Positions 17,387 through 26,882 of a stretch of 30,146 nucleotides of DNA are shown here, one piece after another. How positions within the stretch are numbered: the first letter of the stretch is position 1; each line of letters opens with the position of its first letter. The stretch comes from Patescibacteria group bacterium UBA3527 (lineage in GTDB: Bacteria; Patescibacteriota; Minisyncoccia; Phycocordibacterales; UBA918): the NCBI GenBank assembly GCA_002377025.1, contig DFPA01000058.1, positions 1 to 30,146 on the forward strand, written 5' to 3'. The translations under genes and the position numbers were made by a program. Under the pieces are notes generated by a model. The model saw nothing but the letters and a program-made list of their open reading frames with translations. It had not been told where the DNA came from and did not search any database.

Positions 17387-17764
17387 ATGAGAATTTCCGG
17401 AATTACAATTCCAGACGAGAAGCAGTTAGCATTCGGTCTGACAGCCATATATGGCATCGGACGCAGTCAGAGTGCCGCTATTTTGACTGAACTTGGCATA
17501 GATGCCGCCAAGAAACCGTCAGACCTATCTACCGAAGAAGAGAATAAGATTAGGGACAAAGTTGAAACATTGCAAATAGAAGGTGACCTTAAGCGAAAAG
17601 TGGCAGCTGATATAAAGAGATTGAAAGATATTGATTCATACCGTGGCTCAAGGCATGCCAAGAGGCTGCCGGCGCGTGGACAGCGCACCAAGACAAATGC
17701 TCGTACTCTTAAGGGTGTGAAAAAGACTATGGGTAGTGGTCGTCGTAAGTTGGAGAAAACTTAA
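17387..17764 (+). CDS. rpsM: 30S ribosomal protein S13
   Basis: RISGITIP, LTAIYGIG, EGDL, IKRLKDIDSYRGSRH, and LPARGQRTKTNART. Confidence 0.98.
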   Translation: MRISGITIPDEKQLAFGLTAIYGIGRSQSAAILTELGIDAAKKPSDLSTEEENKIRDKVETLQIEGDLKRKVAADIKRLKDIDSYRGSRHAKRLPARGQRTKTNARTLKGVKKTMGSGRRKLEKT

Positions 17765-17790
17765 AATAACTTTATAAATCAGATTTTCCT

Positions 17791-18222
17791 ATGGGTAAGA
17801 AACGAGTAATAAAAAAAGGAGGTGGTTCTGATGTCTTGGGTACATCAAGAGCACTAAGTAGAATTCCAAAGAAAAAAGTAGCAGAGGGGACTTTGAATAT
17901 TTTGGCTACTTTTAACAACACCATTGTTACTTTGGCGGATGCTAAGGGTAACAGTATCATTGCCGCATCGTCCGGTGCGATGGGGTTTAAAGGTTCCAGA
18001 AAAAGTACTCCATTTGCAGCTGCAAAGGTCGGCGAGATCCTTGGTGAGAAAGCGAGTCAAATGGGAATGAGAGAAGTTTCAGTTGTCATTAAGGGAGTGG
18101 GAGCGGGCCGTGAGTCTGCATTGCGCTCTTTTGCCGGCCAAGGTATAGGGATAAAGAGAATTACTGACAAAACTCCTGTTCCGCATAATGGACCAAGAGC
18201 TAAGAAGGCTAGGAGAGTATAA
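17791..18222 (+). CDS. rpsK: 30S ribosomal protein S11
   Basis: ATFNNTIVT, GFKGSRKSTPFAA, GAGRESA, and DKTPVPHNG. Confidence 0.98.
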   Translation: MGKKRVIKKGGGSDVLGTSRALSRIPKKKVAEGTLNILATFNNTIVTLADAKGNSIIAASSGAMGFKGSRKSTPFAAAKVGEILGEKASQMGMREVSVVIKGVGAGRESALRSFAGQGIGIKRITDKTPVPHNGPRAKKARRV

Positions 18223-18227
18223 AGCTT

Positions 18228-18836
18228 ATGAAAATCGGACCAAAGTTTAAAATTGCCAAAAGACTAGGCGCACCAATTTTTGAGAAAACACAGACTCAGA
18301 AGTTTGCCCTATCTGAAGCCCGTCGAGGCAAGACCTTGAAGCGTCGTCCCGGGGCAATGAGTGACTACAAGCGTCAGCTCATTGAAAAGCAAAAAATGCG
18401 CTTCACATATGGAGTATCAGAAAAGCAGTTGAGGAAATATGTTAATGAAGCTGTTAGAAAAAGTGCTCAACCAATCAGTTACTTGGTTGCCAGACTCGAG
18501 AGTCGTTTAGATAATGTGGTATATAGAGCCGGAATGGCCAAGACGAGACAAATGGCTAGACAGATGGTTTCGCACGGTCACGTGACAGTCAACGGTAGGA
18601 AATCCACTATTCCATCTCAACAAATGAAGGTGGGAGACAAATTCACTGTTCGTGATGGTAGTCGAAATACTTCACTTTTTGAAAATTTTACGGAAAATCA
18701 CCAAGCAGCAGGTGTGCCGGCATGGATTAAATTTGATTCTAAAGCTATAGCGGGTGAAATAACAGCTCTTCCAACTTACGAACCTTCTGAAACTTTGTTT
18801 GATCCTGAACAGATTCTGGAATACTACAGTCGATAG
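18228..18836 (+). CDS. rpsD: 30S ribosomal protein S4
   Basis: SDYKRQLIEKQK, LESRLDNVVYRAG, and ARQMVSHGHVTVNG. Confidence 0.98.
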   Translation: MKIGPKFKIAKRLGAPIFEKTQTQKFALSEARRGKTLKRRPGAMSDYKRQLIEKQKMRFTYGVSEKQLRKYVNEAVRKSAQPISYLVARLESRLDNVVYRAGMAKTRQMARQMVSHGHVTVNGRKSTIPSQQMKVGDKFTVRDGSRNTSLFENFTENHQAAGVPAWIKFDSKAIAGEITALPTYEPSETLFDPEQILEYYSR

Positions 18837-18877
18837 TACTTATTAGTCATTACTTAACTTAGTTAATAAAACAAGAT

Positions 18878-19840
18878 ATGTTAGAAAACAACGTAGCTCT
18901 ACCAAGCAAGCCTCGAGTAGTCAAAGAAGAAGAATTCTTTGGTGTTTATGAAATCGATGGACTGTTCCCTGGATATGGACACACCTTGGGAAATTCGTTG
19001 CGTCGTATTGTACTATCGTCACTACCTGGTGCCGCAGTTACACTAGTTAAGATTGAGGGTGTAAAACACGAGTTCGACACCATTACCGGAGTCAAAGAAG
19101 ATGTTGTTACTATCTTACTCAACTTGAAGCGCTTGCGCTTGTCACTTCATAGTGAAGAACCTCAAACAATCACTCTCAAGAAGTCTGGTGTTGGTGTGAT
19201 TACAGCCAAAGACCTAGATGCACCTTCACAGGTGGAAATACTCAACGCAGATCAACCAATCGCTGAAATCACAAGCAAAACAGGTAAACTTGAAATGGAA
19301 ATTACCGTAGAAAATGGAATGGGTTATGTTGCTCGTGAAGTTCATCAAAAAGATAAAGTGGAGATCGGCACGATTGCACTTGATGCCGTATTTACACCGA
19401 TTCGACGCGCAAACTACGAAGTAGAAAATATGCGAGTCGGAGATCGTACTGACTATAATCGCCTCAGAATAATGATTGAAACAGACGGTACTCTGACCCC
19501 GCGACAGGCTCTTGAAAAGTCTATTGAGATTATGATCCATCAACTGAAGGCTGTTATCGGTTTCCAAGACCAAGCTCCAATAGAGGAGGAAGTCAATTTG
19601 GCAGACAGTGAAGGTGACAGTGAAAAAGAAGTCGACCCAGATACATTGAAAACGCGCATTGAGGCTCTTGACCTGACACCGCGAACACAAAGTGCCCTAG
19701 AGGAGGCCAATATTAGAACTATTGGAGGACTTGTCCGAAAGAAAAAAGATGATATTCTGGCACTCGAAGGAATTGGCCCGAAAGGCCTTGAAGAAATCAT
19801 AGAGAAGCTCAATGAGCTTAAGGTAAGTCTGGCAGAATAA
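18878..19840 (+). CDS. rpoA: RNA polymerase subunit alpha
   Basis: GYGHTLGNSLRRIVLSSLPG, GVKEDV, DAVFTPI, and alpha-CTD IEALDLTPR...GIGPKGLEEI. Confidence 0.98.
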   Translation: MLENNVALPSKPRVVKEEEFFGVYEIDGLFPGYGHTLGNSLRRIVLSSLPGAAVTLVKIEGVKHEFDTITGVKEDVVTILLNLKRLRLSLHSEEPQTITLKKSGVGVITAKDLDAPSQVEILNADQPIAEITSKTGKLEMEITVENGMGYVAREVHQKDKVEIGTIALDAVFTPIRRANYEVENMRVGDRTDYNRLRIMIETDGTLTPRQALEKSIEIMIHQLKAVIGFQDQAPIEEEVNLADSEGDSEKEVDPDTLKTRIEALDLTPRTQSALEEANIRTIGGLVRKKKDDILALEGIGPKGLEEIIEKLNELKVSLAE

Positions 19841-19841
19841 T

Positions 19842-20192
19842 ATGCGACATAGCAAACAAAAAAGAACACTGGGTAGAAAGGGAAATCAGAGAACGGCACT
19901 CTTGCGCGGTTTGGCTGTGGATTTGTTAAACAAGAAGAGAATCACAACCACGCTGGCTAAAGCTCGAGAATTGCGGCCATTTGCTGAGAAACTTATCACC
20001 ATCGCAAAAAAAGACACCGTAGCTGCCAGAAGGATTGTGGCTACTCGTTTGGGTGAACCTCGACCCAGTGTTATTCGGAAACTATTTGAGGAAACCGCCA
20101 AAGAGTACAGCGAGAGAAACGGCGGTTATACTCGAATCATAAAAGTTGGTCGTACCAACGGTCGTGATGAGGCTGTGATTGAACTTGTTTAA
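19842..20192 (+). CDS. rplQ: 50S ribosomal protein L17
   Basis: MRH...LGRKGNQR, ITTTLAKARELR, and RNGGYTRIIK. Confidence 0.98.
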   Translation: MRHSKQKRTLGRKGNQRTALLRGLAVDLLNKKRITTTLAKARELRPFAEKLITIAKKDTVAARRIVATRLGEPRPSVIRKLFEETAKEYSERNGGYTRIIKVGRTNGRDEAVIELV

Positions 20193-20196
20193 TACC

Positions 20197-20559
20197 ATGA
20201 CAGACACAAACACCACAACAGAATATACAATCAACGCTGAAGGCAAGAGATTAGGTAAGGTAGCGACTGAGGCTGCAGTACTCTTGATGGGTAAAAACGA
20301 TACGAATTTTGCCAAACACACGGTAGCTGACGTACACGTTAAGATCGAGAATGCCGCCAAGCTAGATATTCCGGAAAAAAAGAAAGGAGAAATTTACCAA
20401 TCTTATTCAGGATATCCGGGGGGCCGTCGCACTGAGACACTTGAACATCTTGGCGAACGTCTTGGTTATAGCGAAGTTGTGCGCCGTACAGTGAAAGGCA
20501 TGCTACCCAAGAACAAACTGCAAGCAAGGATGATGAAGAATCTAGAAGTTTCAGAATAA
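20197..20559 (+). CDS. rplM: 50S ribosomal protein L13 (terminally trimmed)
   Basis: INAEGKRLGKVATEAA, YSGYPGG, and VKGMLPKNKL. The ATG at 20197 gives 120 aa. Confidence 0.95.
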   Translation: MTDTNTTTEYTINAEGKRLGKVATEAAVLLMGKNDTNFAKHTVADVHVKIENAAKLDIPEKKKGEIYQSYSGYPGGRRTETLEHLGERLGYSEVVRRTVKGMLPKNKLQARMMKNLEVSE

Positions 20560-20564
20560 TTATT

Positions 20565-20966
20565 ATGGCGACAGAAAAATACATAGAAGCAATTGGACGA
20601 AGAAAAACAGCTACTGCGAGAGTGCGTCTAACACCTGCCGGCAGTACTAATATCGTCGTGAACAACAAAACTCTGGAGGACTATTTTCCTCATGACGGAC
20701 TCCTAAAATCAGTGCTCTCAGTTTTGGAGACTAAAGACGCGGGAATTGAGCATTATTCTATTTCTGCAAAAGTCGTTGGCGGCGGAACCACTGCACAGGC
20801 TGAGGCAGTTCGGTTGGGAATTGCTCGCGCTCTGGTGAAAGAGAATGCGGAAAGACGCACTGTGTTGAAACCGCTTGGTTTTCTAAAAAGAGATCCACGC
20901 TCAGTAGAGCGAAAGAAGTTCGGTTTGCGTAAGGCGCGCCGACGCCCGCAGTGGACAAAGCGATAG
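20565..20966 (+). CDS. rpsI: 30S ribosomal protein S9
   Basis: GRRKTATARV, GGGTTAQAEAVRLGIARAL, and RDPRSVERKKFGLRKARRRPQWTKR. Confidence 0.98.
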   Translation: MATEKYIEAIGRRKTATARVRLTPAGSTNIVVNNKTLEDYFPHDGLLKSVLSVLETKDAGIEHYSISAKVVGGGTTAQAEAVRLGIARALVKENAERRTVLKPLGFLKRDPRSVERKKFGLRKARRRPQWTKR

Positions 20967-20976
20967 ATATTGGTAG

Positions 20977-21008
20977 ATAAAACCGGTGAGGCAACTCACC
21001 GGTTTTAT
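20977..21008. terminator. Intrinsic terminator after rpsI
   Basis: 14-bp stem ATAAAACCGGTGAG-gcaa-CTCACCGGTTTTAT with a GNRA loop. Confidence 0.88.
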
Positions 21009-21033
21009 TCGCCACCTTCAATATTACAAAACC

Positions 21034-21062
21034 TTTACACTTGCCTCTACGTGACGTATAAT
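21034..21062 (+). promoter_or_regulatory. Sigma70 promoter of grpE-dnaK-dnaJ
   Basis: TTTACA(21034-21039)-N17-TATAAT(21057-21062), with the ATG 9 nt downstream. Confidence 0.65.
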
Positions 21063-21071
21063 GCTGCCGTT

Positions 21072-21626
21072 ATGGTAAAAAATGATCGTAGAAATGATGA
21101 TGAGTGCAATGACGAACTGACCGAAGAAGAGGAGATAGTAGCGGAAGTGAGCCAAACTGAAAAAATCAAGCAACTTCGTGCCAAGTTAAAGGAGTCAGAG
21201 ACAAAACGTCTCCAAGAGCTGGAAAATTTGCAGAGAAGTAAGGCCGACTTTCTAAATGCCAAGCGCAGGTTAGAAGAGGAGAAGAGCACGATTCGATCAA
21301 GTGAAGAGGTTCGACTTGCGGTGCAACTCTTCCCGCTATTAGACAGTTTTGCTCAGGCTAAAGCAGACGAAAAAATATGGGGTTCAGTCGATAAAAGCTG
21401 GAGAGACGGCTTCCTGGCTATTGAGAACCAACTACGCTCTATCTTGACAGCAATGAACATTACCGAAGTCGAGGCATTGAACGAACATTTTGACCCGAAC
21501 ATACACGAGGCCGTTGGTACAAAATCGAGCGACCACGAACCAGAGGTAGTGCTTGAAGTGGTCCAAACCGGTTATATGAAGGGAGATAAGGTGCTACGCC
21601 CGGCCAAAGTTATCATTAGTGAATAA
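21072..21626 (+). CDS. grpE: Nucleotide exchange factor GrpE
   Basis: [21 protein letters not shown], and [16 protein letters not shown]. The track start at 20970 would run through the terminator, so 21072 is preferred. Confidence 0.95.
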   Translation: MVKNDRRNDDECNDELTEEEEIVAEVSQTEKIKQLRAKLKESETKRLQELENLQRSKADFLNAKRRLEEEKSTIRSSEEVRLAVQLFPLLDSFAQAKADEKIWGSVDKSWRDGFLAIENQLRSILTAMNITEVEALNEHFDPNIHEAVGTKSSDHEPEVVLEVVQTGYMKGDKVLRPAKVIISE

Positions 21627-21636
21627 CGTAGTTAAT

Positions 21637-23526
21637 ATGTCTAAAATACTTGGAATTGATTTAGGAACAACCAACTCAGCAATGGCTATTATTGAAGCCG
21701 GTGAGCCGGTTGTTATTGAAAATGCGGAAGGTAATCGTACCACTCCATCAGTGGTTGCCATTTCAAAGAAAGGCGAACGGCTGGTAGGTCAAATAGCTCG
21801 CCGGCAGGCGGTAACAAACCCGCAAAATACTATATATGGGATTAAGCGCTTCATGGGTCACAACTTTGCAGAAGAAGCGATCCAGAAGGATAAAGAGATA
21901 GTTCCGTATGAAGTTAAGGAAGGTGAAGATAAGGGAGTGATGGTAAAAATGGGTGATAAATACTACCGTCCGGAAGAAGTGTCCGCTATGATCCTTTCTA
22001 AGCTTAAGGCCGATGCTGAAGCAAAAATTGGCGAGAAAATAACTGAGGCTGTGATAACGGTGCCTGCATACTTCAACGATGCTCAAAGAAAAGCTACTCA
22101 GGACGCTGGAAAGATAGCCGGTCTTGACGTAAAACGCATTATTAACGAGCCTACAGCAGCCGCTTTGTCCTACGGTTTCAACAAAAAGAAGGATGAAAAA
22201 ATTGTAGTTTATGACTTTGGAGGAGGCACTTTTGACGTTACAGTTCTTGAGGTTGGCGATGATGTGGTAGAAGTACAATCCACCGATGGTGATGCGCACA
22301 TGGGTGGACGTGATATCGACCAAGAAATAGTACGTTATCTCATTTCGGAATTTAAAAAAGAGGAGGGGATTGATCTTGCTAAAGACCCGCTGGCACTTCA
22401 ACGTCTAGATGATGAAGCTGAAAAAGCTAAAAAGGAGTTGTCTAGCTCGGGAGAAACAGAGATTAACATTCCTTTTATTGCCAATGTCGATGGTACTCCA
22501 AAAAATCTACTTATAACGCTTACTCGTGCAAAATTGGAGGAGCTGGCTAAAGAATATATAGACCGCTCAATTGAAATCACCAAGAGGGCTCTCGAAGCTT
22601 CACCGTTTAGCAGTGAAGAAATTGATGAAGTCATCCTGGTTGGAGGTCAAACGAGAATGCCAAGAGTGCAAGAAGCTGTGAAGGATTTGTTTGGTAAGGA
22701 GCCAAATAAGAGCATCAATCCAGATGAAGTAGTGGCCTTAGGTGCTGCTATACAAGCTGGTATATTTCAAGGTGATGTACAAGACATTACTCTCGTTGAC
22801 GTAATCCCATTGTCACTGGGAATTGAAACAATGGGTGGAGTGTCTACAAAATTAATAGAGAGAAATACACACATTCCGACCCGTAAAGAGCAGATATTTT
22901 CTACAGCTGCAGACAATCAAACATCTACGGAAATTCACATCACTCAGGGAGAAAGACCAATGGCGAGTGATAATAAGTCCCTCGGACGCTTTGTGCTTGA
23001 TGGTATTCCGCCGGCACCAAGAGGTGTCCCGCAAATTGAAGTGACTTTTGACGTGGACAGCAACGGTATTCTAAATGTCACGGCCAAAGATAAATCTACC
23101 GGCAAGGAACAGTCTATTCGCATAGAGGCCAATTCCGGTTTGTCCGAAGACGATATAGAAAAAATGCAGAAAGATGCAGATGCTCACGCTGAAGAAGATA
23201 ATAAGAAAAAGGAGCTGATTGAAGCCAAGAATGTTGCCGAGCAAATAGTCTATATGGCAGAGAAATCACTGAAAGATTACGGCGATAAGATACCGGAAGA
23301 AGTAAAGTCCGATGTGGAAGAGAACATAAAGGAACTAAAAGACGCCGTTGGTGGAGATGATCTTGTCAAGATCAAGAGTGCTTCTGAAGCACTAAGTACA
23401 TCTGTCCAAAAAATAGGAGCGAATATGGCAAGTGGCGGCGAGTCCCGGGAAAAAACTGAAACCGATGAGACAGTTCGTGATGCGGAAGTGACGCAAGAGG
23501 AGAAAAAAGACGAAGACAATGGCTAA
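21637..23526 (+). CDS. dnaK: Chaperone DnaK
   Basis: [45 protein letters not shown], and [10 protein letters not shown]. Confidence 0.99.
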   Translation: MSKILGIDLGTTNSAMAIIEAGEPVVIENAEGNRTTPSVVAISKKGERLVGQIARRQAVTNPQNTIYGIKRFMGHNFAEEAIQKDKEIVPYEVKEGEDKGVMVKMGDKYYRPEEVSAMILSKLKADAEAKIGEKITEAVITVPAYFNDAQRKATQDAGKIAGLDVKRIINEPTAAALSYGFNKKKDEKIVVYDFGGGTFDVTVLEVGDDVVEVQSTDGDAHMGGRDIDQEIVRYLISEFKKEEGIDLAKDPLALQRLDDEAEKAKKELSSSGETEINIPFIANVDGTPKNLLITLTRAKLEELAKEYIDRSIEITKRALEASPFSSEEIDEVILVGGQTRMPRVQEAVKDLFGKEPNKSINPDEVVALGAAIQAGIFQGDVQDITLVDVIPLSLGIETMGGVSTKLIERNTHIPTRKEQIFSTAADNQTSTEIHITQGERPMASDNKSLGRFVLDGIPPAPRGVPQIEVTFDVDSNGILNVTAKDKSTGKEQSIRIEANSGLSEDDIEKMQKDADAHAEEDNKKKELIEAKNVAEQIVYMAEKSLKDYGDKIPEEVKSDVEENIKELKDAVGGDDLVKIKSASEALSTSVQKIGANMASGGESREKTETDETVRDAEVTQEEKKDEDNG

Positions 23527-24580
23527 GCGCGACTTTTACGAAATACTGGGCATTAACAAAAATGCCTCAAAGGATCAGATTAAAAAGGCGTTTCGTAAGC
23601 TGGCCGGAAAGTACCATCCTGATAAAAAGACAGGTGATGAAGCTAAGTTCAAGGAAATTAGCGAAGCCTATGCGGTTTTGGGAGATGACAAAAAACGCGC
23701 TGAATATGACGCCTACGGCCACTCTTTCGCCGGTGGTAGTGCCGGACAAGGATTTAACTGGGCTGACTTTCAAGGAGGAAGTCGAGGTTTCAACTTCGAT
23801 CTCAACGATATTTTTGAAAACTTTGGTGACATATTCCAGGGAGCAGGACACAGGAATAAGCGCGGACATGACATTTCTATCGATCTTAACCTTACTTTTA
23901 AAGAGTCGGTTTTTGGAGTTGAGAGAAAGGTCTTACTGACAAAGAATTCGAACTGTTCTACTTGTGATGGTAAAGGAGCAAAACCCGGTACTGAATACAC
24001 AAAGTGTTCTACTTGTGATGGAGCAGGTCGAGTGAGGGAAGTTCGTCAGAGCATAATGGGCAGCTTCCAAACTGTAAAGGTTTGTGATGTCTGTCATGGC
24101 ACGGGTGAAACACCGAAGGAGTTTTGTGCTGTCTGTAAGGGAGCCGGGATAGAGAGGAAGCAGGATGAAGTGATCATCAATATACCGGCCGGCATCGAAA
24201 ACGGCGAGGTGATACGCTTGTCGGGACAAGGCGAAGCCGTACAAGGCGGTCAGTCGGGCGATCTTTATATCAAAATTCACGTTGAGCCCGGCACAAATGT
24301 GAAGAGGGAAGGAAGTAACTTAATATCTGATCTACCGGTCAAGCTTTCTGACGCACTTTTAGGAGCCGAGTATAAGGTGGATACTTTGGATGGAAGTGTA
24401 ACAATACATGTGCCGGCCGGTATAAAGCATCATGAAATGCTCCGCATAAAAGGAAAAGGAGTTCCAAAGTCTGGCTCGAGCAGAGGTGACTACCTGGTAA
24501 GAGTAAAGATTGAGACTCCTAATAAGCTGTCGAGAAAAGCTAAGAAACTTGTAGAAGAACTTCGAAAGGAAGGGGTTTAA
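23519..24580 (+). CDS. dnaJ: Chaperone DnaJ
   Basis: J domain with HPD, G/F-rich region, four CxxCxGxG repeats, and C-terminal GDLY motif. Confidence 0.98.
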   Translation: MAKRDFYEILGINKNASKDQIKKAFRKLAGKYHPDKKTGDEAKFKEISEAYAVLGDDKKRAEYDAYGHSFAGGSAGQGFNWADFQGGSRGFNFDLNDIFENFGDIFQGAGHRNKRGHDISIDLNLTFKESVFGVERKVLLTKNSNCSTCDGKGAKPGTEYTKCSTCDGAGRVREVRQSIMGSFQTVKVCDVCHGTGETPKEFCAVCKGAGIERKQDEVIINIPAGIENGEVIRLSGQGEAVQGGQSGDLYIKIHVEPGTNVKREGSNLISDLPVKLSDALLGAEYKVDTLDGSVTIHVPAGIKHHEMLRIKGKGVPKSGSSRGDYLVRVKIETPNKLSRKAKKLVEELRKEGV

Positions 24581-24618
24581 ACTGTATACATTTCCTGAGG
24601 CATATACCCTTGGTAGGT

Positions 24619-24624
24619 TATAAT
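24619..24624 (+). promoter_or_regulatory. -10 element, possible leaderless start of the 24632-27827 transcript
   Basis: TATAAT followed by 7 nt and then ATG at 24632. No clear -35. Confidence 0.45.
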
Positions 24625-24631
24625 TAAGCAG

Positions 24632-25114
24632 ATGGAAACATCTGCCATTATATCTCTTATCCAGGAGTCACTGTTTGTAATAATAGTTTTTTTTGGCTTT
24701 CTTGTTTACTCAATGCTTAGAGGTAGGCATTACTTGATCAACTTAATCATAGGTCTTTATTTTGCCCTACTTATATCGCTTGAGTTTCCATACTACGAGA
24801 CCATACTTGGGGCCGCCAATACAGACCAGAGCCGAGCGATCCTTATGATTCTAGTATTTGCCGCATTTACAATTGCATCCACAACTTTACTCGGACGATT
24901 TTTGCATCAAGGTGATTATGATCGGGGAGTAATCGGTATTCATAGAAAGATTATTTACTCTCTGGCGGCAACAGTACTAGTAATGACTTATAGTTTTCAC
25001 GCCTTGCCGGTAACAGAGTTGGTTGACCCGGGGCCGATTCAGGCTTTGTTTGCAAGCCAAAACAGTTTCTTCTTTTGGCTCTTTGTACCTATTTTAATAT
25101 TGTTCTTTTTGTAG
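24632..25114 (+). CDS. Four-TM membrane protein (loosely CvpA-like)
   Basis: 160 aa, mostly hydrophobic segments. No diagnostic motif. Confidence 0.65.
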   Translation: METSAIISLIQESLFVIIVFFGFLVYSMLRGRHYLINLIIGLYFALLISLEFPYYETILGAANTDQSRAILMILVFAAFTIASTTLLGRFLHQGDYDRGVIGIHRKIIYSLAATVLVMTYSFHALPVTELVDPGPIQALFASQNSFFFWLFVPILILFFL

Positions 25115-25116
25115 TT

Positions 25117-25497
25117 ATGACAAGAGATGACTACGACCAGAATGGAAGTTGGGGGATTCTAGCGAGTATTGACTTGCACTCATGTAATCCTGACTTTATT
25201 CGAGATGCAGAGAAAATTAAGGACTTCACGCGTCAATTTTGCGACTTAATTGACGTAACAAGATTTGGCGAGTGTCAGATCGTTCACTTCGCCGATCACG
25301 ACGAAGACGTCGCTGGCTTCTCTATGGTGCAACTTATTGAAACTTCACTGGTTTCTGGACATTTTGCAAATAAAACAAACAATGTTTACTTGGATGTCTT
25401 TTCTTGCAAGTATTACGACCCAGATGCAGCTCATGAGTTCGCCAAGAAGTTTTTTGAGGCAAGGGATTCAACAGTTTGTGTGCTGCTCAGAAAATAG
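25117..25497 (+). CDS. speD: Pyruvoyl-dependent S-adenosylmethionine decarboxylase family proenzyme (class 1B-like, ET/S variant)
   Basis: IDLHSC and GFSMVQLIETSLVSGHF...YLDVFSCK. Ser69, Ser77, His82 and Cys97 have the canonical spacing (-8, 0, +5, +20). The ATG at 25117 gives 126 aa. Confidence 0.85.
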   Translation: MTRDDYDQNGSWGILASIDLHSCNPDFIRDAEKIKDFTRQFCDLIDVTRFGECQIVHFADHDEDVAGFSMVQLIETSLVSGHFANKTNNVYLDVFSCKYYDPDAAHEFAKKFFEARDSTVCVLLRK

Positions 25498-25499
25498 TT

Positions 25500-26024
25500 A
25501 TGGAATTTGTTGAACAGTCGCACAAGGATCTTTACTTGAGAGTAACTGCAGACATTGATTCACTTTGGGAGTATAAGATGCTCTCTAAAGCCAGTCTGAA
25601 TTTCCAAGGGTTACAGATTGAGTTTGGAATTTTAGGAGAGAGCCACTATGTGCTGGTTGCCAACAAGAGCTCTCGCTTCGCTGAGGTTTTTGCGTGTGGC
25701 AAGAAAAAATATGACGATGGGATTGAATTTAGTGACTTGATTGGAAGCTCCTTTGAAAAACAATTCGGGGACATATCATATCAGTTTGAGATGGAAGTAG
25801 TGAATGAACTAGAATCTTCTAAGCTATCTAGACTAAGAGAAAAGCGCAATGATCCAGATGTTAAGTACCTCAAGCACGACTTTCCAGCAAAGGACAAAGA
25901 CTTGTCGCATCCAGTGACAGAAGTGTATTTGAATACAAAAGGTGTCATCATTGTTGAGTCAGTTCATACATATCCCAATGAGAATGTTTCTGTTTTTACT
26001 AAGTCAAATTTTTTCATTACATAG
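25500..26024 (+). CDS. Uncharacterised protein (DUF2617-like from recall) with AdoMetDC-like motifs
   Basis: ILGESHYVLV...AEVFACG and SVHTYPNE motifs. 174 aa, coupled to speD and speE. Confidence 0.6.
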   Translation: MEFVEQSHKDLYLRVTADIDSLWEYKMLSKASLNFQGLQIEFGILGESHYVLVANKSSRFAEVFACGKKKYDDGIEFSDLIGSSFEKQFGDISYQFEMEVVNELESSKLSRLREKRNDPDVKYLKHDFPAKDKDLSHPVTEVYLNTKGVIIVESVHTYPNENVSVFTKSNFFIT

Positions 26025-26025
26025 C

Positions 26026-26880
26026 ATGAATAATTCAACTAAGCTTCATACGTACGAAACTCTCTACAAGGATTGGGGTCAGTTTTTTAGAGACTATGAA
26101 GTGCTAGTCGAGTCCAAAACTGGTGAACAGGACTTACTTCTCATTGATACCGAGTCCTTTGGAAAAGTTTTAATACTAGATGGAGTTGTACAGTTAACAG
26201 AGAGGGATAATTTTGTTTACCATGAAATGCTCACTCACGTACCCTTGATTGCACACGGAAGTGCAAAAAATGTTCTCGTTATCGGCGGCGGTGATGGAGG
26301 CACTATTCATCATGTATTGATGCACAGAGGCATAGAGGTGACAATGGTTGAGATTGACGAACAAGTCACTGAGTTTTCGAAAGAGCATCTGGCATTTGTA
26401 AATCATGACTCCTTTAGCAACCCAAGATTGTCGTTGCATATAGGAGACGGAGCAAAATTTGTCAAAGAGACTGCAGAAAAGTTTGATGTAATTATTGTTG
26501 ACTCAACGGACCCAATAGGACCTGGTGAAGTGCTATTCACTCGGGAGTTTTATGCGGATTGTAAACGCTGTCTTGGGGAAAACGGGATTCTTGTGACTCA
26601 AAACGGAGTACCGTTTACTCAACCTGAAGAGCTAGAGGAGTCAGTGTCTTACTTCAAAGAGTTATTCAAGTGCGGCACATGCTATTGTGCCTCGGTGCCA
26701 ACTTACGTAGGCGGAGTGATGGCTTTTGGCTTTGCTACAGATAATGTAAATCTTGTTAGTCAGCCAAAAGAAGACCTGGGCAAGAAAATTATAGATGCGG
26801 GCATTTGTTCGAAATACTACAATTCTGACATTCACCAGGCCTCTTTTGCTCTCCCAAACTTTATTAAGGAAATTGTTTAA
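26026..26880 (+). CDS. speE: Polyamine aminopropyltransferase (spermidine synthase)
   Basis: LDGVVQLTERDNFVYHEML, VLVIGGGDGG, VTMVEID, and FDVIIVDSTDP. The ATG at 26026 gives 284 aa. Confidence 0.95.
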   Translation: MNNSTKLHTYETLYKDWGQFFRDYEVLVESKTGEQDLLLIDTESFGKVLILDGVVQLTERDNFVYHEMLTHVPLIAHGSAKNVLVIGGGDGGTIHHVLMHRGIEVTMVEIDEQVTEFSKEHLAFVNHDSFSNPRLSLHIGDGAKFVKETAEKFDVIIVDSTDPIGPGEVLFTREFYADCKRCLGENGILVTQNGVPFTQPEELEESVSYFKELFKCGTCYCASVPTYVGGVMAFGFATDNVNLVSQPKEDLGKKIIDAGICSKYYNSDIHQASFALPNFIKEIV

Positions 26881-26882
26881 GT

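Noticed and set aside
20967-21071. CIRCE operator upstream of grpE-dnaK-dnaJ
   Set aside because: TTAGCACTC-N9-GAGTGCTAA is not present and there is no hrcA here. The only inverted repeat is the rpsI terminator.
21763-22401. 212-aa antisense ORF inside dnaK
   Set aside because: Long antisense frames opposite dnaK/hsp70 are a well-known codon-pattern artefact, and this one has no independent motifs.
23954-24021. Exact 17-nt direct repeat TGTTCTACTTGTGATGG at 23954 and 24005
   Set aside because: It encodes two CSTCDG zinc-finger repeats of DnaJ and is explained by the protein.
25942-26025. Longer upstream starts in the ORF track (speE 25942, grpE 20970, MGMT 9285, speD 25075, rplM 20179)
   Set aside because: The extensions overlap neighbouring genes or terminators and add no family-like sequence. 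Downstream ATGs fit the coupling or promoter pattern.
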